Positions 38,115 to 46,869 of a DNA stretch of 59,448 bases are shown here, in pieces (positions within the stretch are counted from its first letter, which is position 1; each line of letters begins with the position of its first letter). Made by a program: the position numbers and the translations under genes. A model generated the notes under the pieces. That model was not told the origin of the DNA and did not search any database. It saw only the letters and a program-made list of their open reading frames with translations. This DNA is from a virus (taxonomy: Duplodnaviria; Caudoviricetes), in IMG/VR virus record IMGVR_UViG_3300032820_000008, positions 1 to 59,448 of that record; one strand, given 5' to 3'.

Positions 38115-39542
38115 TCACTTAATTGTGATTAAACTTCCGAACGTCGGTACGAATTCAGAATTCCCACCGCGCTCAATTACAGCCCATAGAACTGGGATAC
38201 CAAGTTTCTCCCAATCCCCCTCGCTATCCCCATAAAAATACCCATCAGTAAATATAATTACCGCATTAATATCTTGGTATTCGCCGGTTAGTATTTTGTC
38301 CTCGACCTGTCTAAAAACACAGCTTGGATCTGTGCCACCACCACCTATCGGCTTGGTCGAATCTTCAAGATTTGCATACGACATTTCGTCGTAGGTTTCC
38401 TCTCCTTGAACACTATAATCCCAATAAACGAGATGAACTTTTTCAGGCATGACATCCATAGCTATTGTCTTAAATTCCGATAGGAACTTATCAATATCAG
38501 AGAACACCGAACCGGACGTATCCATTGCCACAACCATCTGTCCAGCTTTTTCGTCAAGCATGGATGGCATATAAATATCCGAACCGATAAGTCGTCGGTT
38601 ATATTTACGCCAGGTTGTCTGACCACCACCCTTCACTTGTTGTTTTATAAACTCAGCAAGGATTTCCTGCCACGGTGTTTCGACTGCCAGTAATTTAACA
38701 ACAGCTTTAGCAATGCCATCGCTGCCGGTCCCTGCTACCTCCGCAGCTTGGCGAATAGCACGGTCCAACTCGTTGTTGTCCTTCTCTAATTCTTCGGCAG
38801 TTTTTTCCTCGTCGTAGTTGTGGTCGTCGTGCTGGTCCTCGGCACGTTTCCTAATCTTCTCGGAGTATTTTGCTGGTCCTTTTTTATTACTATGATGAAA
38901 CTTTTCTTCGTCCTCCTCTGGTTCTTCTGTTTCATTATCATCGTCATCATTTGGAGGAATAGGATATCCACCAGGAGGGCATGGTCCGTTTTTGCCTGGT
39001 GGTACTGGAGGAGGAGTAACACCTTTTTTACCCTTCTTAGGAACAGTCCCTTGCTTTTCCTCATTCTCAAGCAAGAGAATATCCACCACCTGCTTAGAAT
39101 CCATGTTTATAAATTGGTCATCTAACAGGCACGCTGGCATACCTTTTTTCGGTCCCTCCTTATATCGTGGTATCCGTAAGAACTTTTCGTCCGGGTCCAA
39201 ATCCCTAAGCATGGGATTAATTACGTAGTCATTCGCCATGTTTGTTAGCAACGCATACTTTTCGCGTAACTTTTTCCAGATGAACAGATGTTTGTAGACC
39301 TTGTGCATACACTCATGGAGAACAACAAACATTAACTCCTTGTCATCCAATGTCTGCACAAACGCTGGGTTGTAGTAGGTGTTGATACCATCGGTCGCAG
39401 CCGTTGGTACTTCATCGGTGAATATAGTTTCACCGTGCAGAAGCATACTCCCGAAAAATCTAAGTTTCGGTATCTGCATACAGCGAACGTGTGTACGTTC
39501 GACGCGCTGTTGCGCGGTGTATTCTGGATTTTGTAATCCCAT
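38115..39542 (-). CDS. Metallopeptidase-VWA protein (DUF2201-like)
   Basis: PTAATDG, LHECMH (HExxH), ANDYVIN; MIDAS DTSGS, GGGTD, FTDG. Confidence 0.88.
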   Translation of the reverse strand: MGLQNPEYTAQQRVERTHVRCMQIPKLRFFGSMLLHGETIFTDEVPTAATDGINTYYNPAFVQTLDDKELMFVVLHECMHKVYKHLFIWKKLREKYALLTNMANDYVINPMLRDLDPDEKFLRIPRYKEGPKKGMPACLLDDQFINMDSKQVVDILLLENEEKQGTVPKKGKKGVTPPPVPPGKNGPCPPGGYPIPPNDDDDNETEEPEEDEEKFHHSNKKGPAKYSEKIRKRAEDQHDDHNYDEEKTAEELEKDNNELDRAIRQAAEVAGTGSDGIAKAVVKLLAVETPWQEILAEFIKQQVKGGGQTTWRKYNRRLIGSDIYMPSMLDEKAGQMVVAMDTSGSVFSDIDKFLSEFKTIAMDVMPEKVHLVYWDYSVQGEETYDEMSYANLEDSTKPIGGGGTDPSCVFRQVEDKILTGEYQDINAVIIFTDGYFYGDSEGDWEKLGIPVLWAVIERGGNSEFVPTFGSLITIK

Positions 39543-39557
39543 GATTCTTACTCCTTC

Positions 39558-40430
39558 TTAGAAACTAAATTTGTCCATGATGTCATCGACCTTCTCTTTG
39601 AGAATTTCGCGTGCATCACTGAACTGTTTTATGTCGTCAATATCAGCGGTCTGCAAAACCCTATGCAATTCGAGTCGTGCATTCTCCATCTCTTGGTCCC
39701 CGGTAAGATTGAACGCTTTCATCAAATCGACCAGCTTTTCGGCGTTGGTCAGCATTGACTCGTGGTAGCGTTTTTGCGCCCCATCTTTAGCCTCTACCAT
39801 ATTCTTAGATATAGTTTGGAGAACTTTGTGGAAGCGCCCCCATACATCTTTCATTGAAGTTTCAAGACGTTCTTTGGATGCTGTCTCATACTGCTCGTCG
39901 AGTTCCTTCCGAGCCTCGTTGCCTATATCTATTCTAAAATCACCAGACTCTGCGACAGGTGCGTAGACGCACTTAAACTTAAATTTCCTCATGACCTCCT
40001 CATCATGCTCAGGGTAGTCAAACTCTCTCCACAGGTTGCCCAGTTTCGCCTTGGCTTCTATGCACAAATCCGGCAGCTTTATCTCAAACTGGGTAACGAG
40101 TTCCAAGAACTCGTCGCGTGCTTCGCCTATCTCGGTCTGATGCTCAATCAGTTTGGCGTTGGGTAACAGCCGTGTCCCGCTGTCATTCCACGGCAGCGTT
40201 AACTGCATGTTCCGGTTCCGTATCATGGACGCCTTTTTGATTATCGTATGCAGCGTTTCGCTACCCGCATAGATATCCTTGGTAACTTTCGCTATGCGTT
40301 TGTTAGCGGTGTAGTTATCCTCATTAACCTTGTCGGATTTTTCCTTATCAATTTTCCTCCCTGTCGGTACACTAATACTTAGGTCCACAAGAACGGCTGA
40401 ACTGCTGATACTTCTGCTTTCAAAATTCAT
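39558..40430 (-). CDS. DUF3150-like helical protein
   Basis: 'TLPW...G.RLLP', 'DYP', 'NLTGD..ME'; typical partner of AAA/DUF2201 gene pairs. Confidence 0.55.
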   Translation of the reverse strand: MNFESRSISSSAVLVDLSISVPTGRKIDKEKSDKVNEDNYTANKRIAKVTKDIYAGSETLHTIIKKASMIRNRNMQLTLPWNDSGTRLLPNAKLIEHQTEIGEARDEFLELVTQFEIKLPDLCIEAKAKLGNLWREFDYPEHDEEVMRKFKFKCVYAPVAESGDFRIDIGNEARKELDEQYETASKERLETSMKDVWGRFHKVLQTISKNMVEAKDGAQKRYHESMLTNAEKLVDLMKAFNLTGDQEMENARLELHRVLQTADIDDIKQFSDAREILKEKVDDIMDKFSF

Positions 40431-40490
40431 GGTATTTATTCCTTAGTTTAATTAAACGATGAACTGCGTGACAAAATGTCACAGAGTTCG

Positions 40491-41618
40491 CTACATTCCG
40501 AACAGATGTTTGACCCCGGTCGCCCATTTCCCAAACTCGCTAGTAGATTCCATCACCTCTTTTAGGTCTTCTTTTTCGCGAGCATTAAGCACAAACAGAG
40601 CCTGAGTTTCGTTAGAAAATTCCGGCTCTCCGCCTGCATCTTTACGGGTTATATATTTGAACCAAGCACTAACATCCGAGCGGGTTTTCACCCACTGCAC
40701 TGCCGATAACATTACTAAACACACAGCAGCAGGGTCAGTCGGTACCAACGCTGTCTCGGGGGTATTGCGGATTTCATCGGGCGATGGAATCTGGTTCTCC
40801 AACGAGATAAACGTAGCGAGTTGCTGCGCGCCTTCGCGACCTATCGCACCTTCCAGACAAGCCATCATCTGCCTGTCGGAAATCTTGTTGTCTTTGTAAT
40901 CCCACACAATATGGCTTGCTGTTTCTAAAGAACGAGGAGAGACATAAGACAACCCAGTGCCGTTGTGAGTTTTTGGGTTGTAGATGTACGGGTTGGTGTC
41001 ACCGTCCGCCAAGTCGCGGTACGACTGCATGACCTGAGTCTCGCGTTTTACCCACGCCATCACCACCGGATGGACGTTATTATGTACCGCAAAATTCTTG
41101 ATCCACTCGTCGGCACTTGGCTTGCCTACGAATAATCGGACTTCCCGATTGACGGTATGGCCTTTCATCATGTCGCCCACGCCATCGGTCGTGAGATTAC
41201 CTGTTGATATAACTACAGAATCAGGATGTAACGTGATAGCCCCGATGCGTCGTGGTCGTGTAAGTAGTGGGTGGAGAATAGCTTGGAGTGCCGGAGCACC
41301 CTTGGAATATTCATCAAGCCAGATGCAGACGGGAACACCGAGATGCAGACCCCAATGCTCGGATGGATATAATTGGACAGTCTTGGTTTCGTGGTTGGGT
41401 ATCGGGATTCCGATATCGGATATGTCGGTACTCGGTACGTCCATATAAATGAATGGCATATTCAGTTTCTTGGCTATCTCGCTGCCAATATAAGTTTTAC
41501 CTATTCCGGGTTCGCCCATTAGATGGAAGGTAACCTTACCGCGACTCGCGACAATGCAGTCTATTACATCTTCTAAAGTTGAAGGTTTGGTTGATACAGA
41601 TAATGTAGATTCACTCAT
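40491..41618 (-). CDS. MoxR-like AAA+ ATPase
   Basis: GEPGIGKT, WLDE, STGN, NR finger, SPRS sensor. Confidence 0.88.
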   Translation of the reverse strand: MSESTLSVSTKPSTLEDVIDCIVASRGKVTFHLMGEPGIGKTYIGSEIAKKLNMPFIYMDVPSTDISDIGIPIPNHETKTVQLYPSEHWGLHLGVPVCIWLDEYSKGAPALQAILHPLLTRPRRIGAITLHPDSVVISTGNLTTDGVGDMMKGHTVNREVRLFVGKPSADEWIKNFAVHNNVHPVVMAWVKRETQVMQSYRDLADGDTNPYIYNPKTHNGTGLSYVSPRSLETASHIVWDYKDNKISDRQMMACLEGAIGREGAQQLATFISLENQIPSPDEIRNTPETALVPTDPAAVCLVMLSAVQWVKTRSDVSAWFKYITRKDAGGEPEFSNETQALFVLNAREKEDLKEVMESTSEFGKWATGVKHLFGM

Positions 41619-41623
41619 GGTAT

Positions 41624-42145
41624 TTATTCCTCTGGTTTAGTGTCGGTTATGGGGGGTGTGTAAGCGTACTTGGCAATTATGTTGCCAATTACTGTGCATG
41701 TGTAAGAGTGATGTGTGTCTAGTTCTGAAAGGTATTTTTGCACCGTCGCACGTAGTGCTTGTACTGTGCGTGCGTGCTGTCTCTCGTAGTTATCTATGGC
41801 CGCGAGCGTTAGCTCCTCCACGGCTAATCCATCGATAATTTCATCCATTGCCTTGGCTGCTTTGGCACTGCTTTTGTATGTGTCAGCCAAGTTAGGGCGA
41901 TGTATTACGGTGCCGAAAATGTCAAATATTGCATAGCGGAAGCCGCGAGCGGAGCCGGACATATTTTTCGCTACAGATTCGACTAGGCCAAAGATAAGTC
42001 CGCCGAACGCGATTCTAGTTTGTAAGATTCGAGACTTGTGATACCTGAGCGTATCGTCGGATACGTAGTGAGTCCGGTCACGTAGATTCGCTTGGGCATC
42101 CCATTTCGGATTGCTTGATTCATGCTTGTAACACGTTATATCCAT
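41624..42145 (-). CDS. Hypothetical early protein
   Basis: ATG at 42145 with GGAG RBS; preceded by the palindrome. Confidence 0.65.
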   Translation of the reverse strand: MDITCYKHESSNPKWDAQANLRDRTHYVSDDTLRYHKSRILQTRIAFGGLIFGLVESVAKNMSGSARGFRYAIFDIFGTVIHRPNLADTYKSSAKAAKAMDEIIDGLAVEELTLAAIDNYERQHARTVQALRATVQKYLSELDTHHSYTCTVIGNIIAKYAYTPPITDTKPEE

Positions 42146-42221
42146 GGTTTTAATTACTCCGTTTAGTGCTGAACTGTGTGACAAAATGTCACGGAGTTCG
42201 GGGTTAATTTCATGTTAGTGG

Positions 42222-42407
42222 TTAGTAAACGTCGGCGTAGTATTTATAGACTACGACTGCATCGGTGATGCGGATTGGACGGAAGGCGTAACGTTCAATT
42301 CTAAACGAGCGCATCGAAGTCGGCGGCATCGCGAAGTGCGACAGTGGTTTGATGTGTATTACATTATGGCGGACCCACTGTTTACGTTTTTGGTGGTATG
42401 TAGTCAT
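42222..42407 (-). CDS. Hypothetical small early protein
   Basis: ATG at 42407 with GGAG RBS; preceded by the palindrome; shares a 'PP.SMR' motif with 35026-35226. Confidence 0.55.
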   Translation of the reverse strand: MTTYHQKRKQWVRHNVIHIKPLSHFAMPPTSMRSFRIERYAFRPIRITDAVVVYKYYADVY

Positions 42408-42532
42408 ATTGTCTCCAGAATTGTGTGACAAAATGTCACGTTATTTACCTGCTAATTAATGTTTTAAAATATGTAGGTGGCTAACCTTACGAGGAAGCCC
42501 GCTGGTTTTTTTAAACGTGGTTTGAAAAAACC

Positions 42533-42561
42533 ATTATAGCACGATTACTTATGAATGTCAA
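42533..42561 (-). promoter_or_regulatory. Consensus sigma70 promoter TTGACA-N17-TATAAT (extended -10) driving the AAA/VWA/Tas operon
   Basis: tgtcaa at 42556-42561, attata at 42533-42538, TG upstream of the -10. Confidence 0.85.
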
Positions 42562-42599
42562 GTAAAAACAACTATCCACAGTGGGATGCTGTGAGACCT

Positions 42600-43200
42600 T
42601 ATTACACACTATTTATACTAGGAAATAAACAATGTGACCTAACCGACAATGTTAAGTCGTTGAAAAGTAAGTTTTGTTCCTATTGTGACTAATGTCGGGA
42701 AGTGTATACACCCATGTGAGAATGGGGAGAAAAGTTTATTTTTTTAGTCACAATAGGAACTTTGTGTGCAATGTTCTCTCTCTCTATAAATAATCATAGT
42801 TTCATACGACCCCCCTTTCTATCTTCTACATAAGGCTAAAGGCCTTCGCTCTTTAGTTTTCCCAGAAGTACTAAAAACCCAGTCACATTAGGAACAAAAG
42901 GAACAAAGCTTTAAAATCAACAGGTTAATAATGTGATTTTAGTCACAGTTGCACTGCACCAAAATCACATTATAAAAACAACTTCGTTTGACCTGGAATT
43001 CAGTTTCTGCTATTAATGCCTGAGCATTAATAGCAGAAACCTTGCTGCTTTTTGGGAACTGGTTTGGCATAGCAAACCTTGTGACATTCTGTCACAGAGT
43101 TCGAGGTGAACTTCGTGACGAAAACCAGCGAATCTTGTGACATTTTGTCACAGAGTTTGTCCTGTTTTGTCACAGAGTTTGCAAGGTCCGCATAGTTCAC
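42600..43200. other. Non-coding repeat-rich region, putative replication origin
   Basis: Several inverted repeats, AGTCACAWTAGGAAC iteron-like motifs, an IHF-like site, AT-rich, no ORFs. Confidence 0.5.
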
Positions 43201-43325
43201 GGGGTTGCGAGGTTTGTTTCTAACTTCGTTCTGTAGAATAATTAAGATGCGCCGAGGACTTCGTTTGCTTCGTTTGCTTGGCCGCTGCCCGACCCCTTTC
43301 TTACCAGTTCCCTAAAAAAAGAATA

Positions 43326-43359
43326 AAAAAAACCCCCACACCATCCTTGGCATGGGGGG
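43326..43359 (-). terminator. Rho-independent terminator
   Basis: GC-rich hairpin capped by CCATCCTTGG, with a U-tract on the - strand. Confidence 0.65.
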
Positions 43360-43387
43360 AAGGGTCTAGGGTTTAGGGTCTAGGTGA

Positions 43388-43999
43388 TTATTCTGCGGGC
43401 AGTTCCTTTACTACCGCTCTGTGAAGCTTCACCAATTTGGCTCGCATTGTCTTAAGCGTTTCCGCATCGTCTGCCTTGTTCGCAGTTAGTGCAAGATTGC
43501 GAAGCGTTTTGATATCTGTCGCGATACCATCGCCAAGTGTGCGTATTGCATCCGCACGCGCTTTTTTCAGTTCGGCCTGTTTCTTTTTGGCCTCTGCTTC
43601 TGCCTTGTCTTCTGGCGATTGCGCCGCAAGCTTTGCATCCTTTAACGCTTGCGCTTCCTCCGACAGGACCTTGCTAGGAACAACAAACTCGCGTGGTGGC
43701 GATTGTTCCAAATGGTACGCCACTATGCCTGCCTTGATAAAGCGCCATTTGTTGCGCGCATATGCTCCGAGCGCTTTCTTTTTCAGAAACGCTTGTTCTG
43801 TATCAAGCTTTAACGTTTTCGCCCTAAGACTAGCGAGTTTGGCCTGTGTTCCCTGAACGCAATCGGTCCAGATTGCATCGACCGGCTCACTTTCTCCGCC
43901 TAATACATCAACCGCGTAGTACACGAAACATGCTTCCATAGACGATTCCGCGTCTAGGTACAGTTCCGCACCGTGTTCTGCCTTTTCGTAGGTGTTCAT
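43388..43999 (-). CDS. Hypothetical early protein (Ala/Lys-rich helical)
   Basis: 203-aa ORF in a promoter-gene-terminator cassette. Confidence 0.7.
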   Translation of the reverse strand: MNTYEKAEHGAELYLDAESSMEACFVYYAVDVLGGESEPVDAIWTDCVQGTQAKLASLRAKTLKLDTEQAFLKKKALGAYARNKWRFIKAGIVAYHLEQSPPREFVVPSKVLSEEAQALKDAKLAAQSPEDKAEAEAKKKQAELKKARADAIRTLGDGIATDIKTLRNLALTANKADDAETLKTMRAKLVKLHRAVVKELPAE

Positions 44000-44192
44000 A
44001 ATTTATCTACCCTTTTGCGCCTATGGCGCTCTAACGTCGCGCATGATTGCCCGACTGAGGTTCCTATTATACATACATTCTATACAATGTATAGTGCTAA
44101 GAATCGTATCGTAGCCGCGCCCCAACCCTTTTCTTGCCAGTTCCCTAAAAAAAGATAAAAAAACCCGCACCATTTCTGATGCGGGTGTTCGG

Positions 44193-44444
44193 TTAAATGA
44201 CCCAATCTTCTGGATGTTCGGATACAATTATCATGGCGCTAGACATTGAGGCCTTAGCCTGATCGACCACGTCGTGATTACATTTTCTCGGTGGAATATA
44301 GCCTGACTCGAATGCACCACAACCCAATGCACTGAATTGCCTACCTGCTTCTTGATAGGTTATCTCTTTATCAATCCATTCTCCCATCTCGTGCAAGCTG
44401 TCATGATCCCATGGCTCGCCACAAAAACGGCAATATATATCCAT
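44193..44444 (-). CDS. Hypothetical early protein with CxxC motif
   Basis: MDIYCRFCGEPWD...GC; AAGGA RBS; own promoter and terminator. Confidence 0.7.
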   Translation of the reverse strand: MDIYCRFCGEPWDHDSLHEMGEWIDKEITYQEAGRQFSALGCGAFESGYIPPRKCNHDVVDQAKASMSSAMIIVSEHPEDWVI

Positions 44445-44487
44445 CGCTGCGTCCTTCATTAAGTGCTGCTGTATTGCAGTGATAGTT

Positions 44488-44515
44488 ATTATACGTATAT
44501 CTGATGTAATGTCAA
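44488..44515 (-). promoter_or_regulatory. Sigma70 promoter TTGACA-N16-TATAAT
   Basis: Exact consensus hexamers; duplicated at 44919-44946. Confidence 0.8.
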
Positions 44516-44589
44516 TAAACCATTGCCTAAACTTATATAACGTTGTAGTTGCATCCCGACCCCTTTCTTGCCAGTTCCCTAAAAAAGAT

Positions 44590-44616
44590 AAAAAAAACCC
44601 CGCCCGAAGGCGGGGA
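44590..44616 (-). terminator. Rho-independent terminator
   Basis: CCCCGCC stem, UUCG loop on the - strand, U-tract; duplicated at 45024-45049. Confidence 0.8.
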
Positions 44617-44632
44617 AACGGGGAGGGTTGAG

Positions 44633-44869
44633 TTATTTAATTAATACGTTAAGTTCTTTTTTAACTCGTCGCGCTGTCTCTCCGCGCCATGTTGTGGCAT
44701 TGGCTAGAAAGTAGCGAACAATGGACTTGCCACTGTCGTACCCGTAATCATCCTGAACGGATTGCATTGTTGCCATTGCGTCCAAATACGGCGCTGCCGC
44801 GTAATTAACGTTATTCCAATCTGCCCAAATTTCGTGGACGATGGTTTGTAAGGGTCTGACTTCCTTCAT
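44633..44869 (-). CDS. Hypothetical early phage protein
   Basis: 'RPL..I..EI..DW..V...A.PYLDAM...YFLANA.TWRGE.ARRVK.EL' pattern that I recall from phage early proteins; GGGAG RBS. Confidence 0.8.
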   Translation of the reverse strand: MKEVRPLQTIVHEIWADWNNVNYAAAPYLDAMATMQSVQDDYGYDSGKSIVRYFLANATTWRGETARRVKKELNVLIK

Positions 44870-44918
44870 GTAAAAACTCCCGTTTGATTGCTGCAATCAT
44901 GTTGTTGCAGTGATAGTT

Positions 44919-44946
44919 ATTATACGTATATCTGATGTAATGTCAA
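44919..44946 (-). promoter_or_regulatory. Sigma70 promoter TTGACA-N16-TATAAT
   Basis: Exact consensus hexamers. Confidence 0.8.
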
Positions 44947-45066
44947 TAAACCATTGCCTAAACTTATATAACGTTGTAGTTGCATTCCGACCCCTTTCTT
45001 GCCAGTTCCCTAAAAACAGGCATAAAAAAACCCCGCCCGAAGGCGGGGAAACGGGGGGGGTTATTC

Positions 45067-45270
45067 CTATGCCTCGAAGAACCCGTCCTGACAGGCTTGG
45101 CACATGCCAGACAGGTTATATTCCTTCTGAGAAAGGACGTCGGTGAACTTATCGGCGGGCTTTCCGCATGTTGTGCATAGATTTGCCAACTGATGTGCGT
45201 CGTGTGACCGGTCGAAAAGCAATTGTGACATCGTTTCCCGTAGCTCTCTCATCTCTTTAGACTTACTCAT
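45067..45270 (-). CDS. Small Zn-finger-like early protein
   Basis: CTTCGK...EYNLSGMCQACQD; GGGAG RBS; TAGACA-N16-TATAAT promoter at 45321-45348. Confidence 0.75.
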   Translation of the reverse strand: MSKSKEMRELRETMSQLLFDRSHDAHQLANLCTTCGKPADKFTDVLSQKEYNLSGMCQACQDGFFEA

Positions 45271-45450
45271 AATATGGTCTCCCGTTTGATTGCTGCAATC
45301 ATGTTGTTGCAGTGATAGTTATTATACGTATATCCTAGACAATGTCTAGTGCTAGGAATCGCGCCGCGCACCCCGCACCCCTTTCTTGCCAGTTCCCTAA
45401 AAACAGGCATAAAAAAACCCCGCACCATCCTTGGCGCGGGGGTCACGGGG

Positions 45451-45624
45451 TTAGCGTCGTCGTGTACTTTTTCTTCCTATCTGCCACGCTACGAATGTAA
45501 ATACTGGAAGGATCATTATTGCTAGGGTAAATATCTCTAGCCAAGAATTACCGCTATTGTGTGCGAGTAATAATCCCAATAAAGCGATACATGCAAATAA
45601 CATGCTTAGGTATTGTGCCATCAT
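45451..45624 (-). CDS. Small two-TM membrane protein (57 aa); absent from ORF track
   Basis: MMAQYLSMLFACIALLGLLLAHNSGNSWLEIFTLAIMILPVFTFVAWQIGRKSTRRR; AAGGGG RBS. Confidence 0.55.
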   Translation of the reverse strand: MMAQYLSMLFACIALLGLLLAHNSGNSWLEIFTLAIMILPVFTFVAWQIGRKSTRRR

Positions 45625-45676
45625 TGTTTTATTCCCCTTTAGTTATGGGGCATCCTTGCCCCGGTTAGGTAGATTG

Positions 45677-45877
45677 CTAGCAGTATTTGTCTGCGCCTAG
45701 CCCGCAACCTGGAATCCCCTCTGGAGTTAGCTCGCAGTGGATATCTTCGCAGTAACCACATATGCTGCCCCTTGCCTTAGCTTTCGCCTCAGCTATCTTG
45801 CGCTCCCGACGTAACCGGAGGGTTTTTGTTTGGCGCGAATTACCTGCGCCACGCTTATTGTTTATTCGTTTACTCAT
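45677..45877 (-). CDS. Small basic Cys-containing early protein
   Basis: Downstream of a TTGACA-N17-TACTAT promoter (45921-45949). Confidence 0.55.
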   Translation of the reverse strand: MSKRINNKRGAGNSRQTKTLRLRRERKIAEAKAKARGSICGYCEDIHCELTPEGIPGCGLGADKYC

Positions 45878-46113
45878 GGTATCTATTCCCGTGTTATTAC
45901 TGCGTCATTGCAGTGTTTGTATAGTACGATAAAAGACAATGTATGTCAAATATTTACTCGGACCCCCCACCCCCCTGAACGTCAGTTAGGAGTCCCACAT
46001 CTATATACATATTAATCTGCACAGTCCTACCTACATTTTTTGAAATCGCCGCCTTGAAAACACCCCCCTTTTCCTATAAAAGGCATATACAAAAAAATTT
46101 CTACCAAAAAATT

Positions 46114-46869
46114 ATGAAATCGAAGCTCAACTTAGAAGAAGTGTTAGAGAAATGGACACAGGAACCTGTGCCTAAACCTCCTATTAAAAAACCAGTATTA
46201 GTAAAACCTACCTTCGATGTCCCATTACCCCCTTCATATCCTCGTAAAGAAGAAGTCATTACTGATTTGAAAGAAGGAGTAAGGACGGCTGCGAATACAG
46301 CTACGCTACTCAATAAACTGGGCATGTCAGAGGATATTGGTACTACAGAAGGAGAATCAGAAACTCCCGTTAACTCCCTTGACCCTACTGGATTATTCCA
46401 ACAAGCCTTCGGAATGGAATCTACAGATGTACAAATGGTCGATGAATTAACGGATAAAACTAAGCGTGGCCCCGGTAGACCTAAAAAACTGGATGGCTCT
46501 ACAAGCGTTGTTCCTACCGAATTATTTGATACCTACACAGCAGTCAAACTTGCCACGATATTAAGTGAATATGATAAACAGGTTATTGATGATACGGCGC
46601 AATTACGTACCTATATTACGAATCGGTTGATTGAAGAGTCTAAGTGTGGGGATACTAAGCATGAGATACGGGCTTTGGAGCTATTAGGTAAGATTTCCGA
46701 CGTAGGTTTGTTTTCTGAGAAAACAGAGATTAATATCACGCATACTACGGATTCTCTGCAACATGCCATAAAAGATAAAATTGACCGTCTAATGGGTATG
46801 GTAGGGAGTGATATACAGGATGTGGAGTTTGAGGAAGTTGAAGCTGTCGTAGACGAGGAAGAAATATGA
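46114..46869 (+). CDS. Putative terminase small subunit
   Basis: First gene of the packaging operon; 'LRTYITNRLIEE...IRALELLGKISDVGLFSEK.EI'; AT-hook-like KRGPGRPKK. Confidence 0.6.
   Translation: MKSKLNLEEVLEKWTQEPVPKPPIKKPVLVKPTFDVPLPPSYPRKEEVITDLKEGVRTAANTATLLNKLGMSEDIGTTEGESETPVNSLDPTGLFQQAFGMESTDVQMVDELTDKTKRGPGRPKKLDGSTSVVPTELFDTYTAVKLATILSEYDKQVIDDTAQLRTYITNRLIEESKCGDTKHEIRALELLGKISDVGLFSEKTEINITHTTDSLQHAIKDKIDRLMGMVGSDIQDVEFEEVEAVVDEEEI

Noticed and set aside
43361-43384. Telomere-like AGGGTYT heptamer repeats
   Set aside because: Only about three imperfect copies between a stop codon and a terminator; too short to interpret
44564-44580. 17-mer as a sigma54 or ECF promoter (TGGCA / GGAAC)
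   Set aside because: No conserved TTGC at -12 and no conserved -10 element at the required spacing across copies
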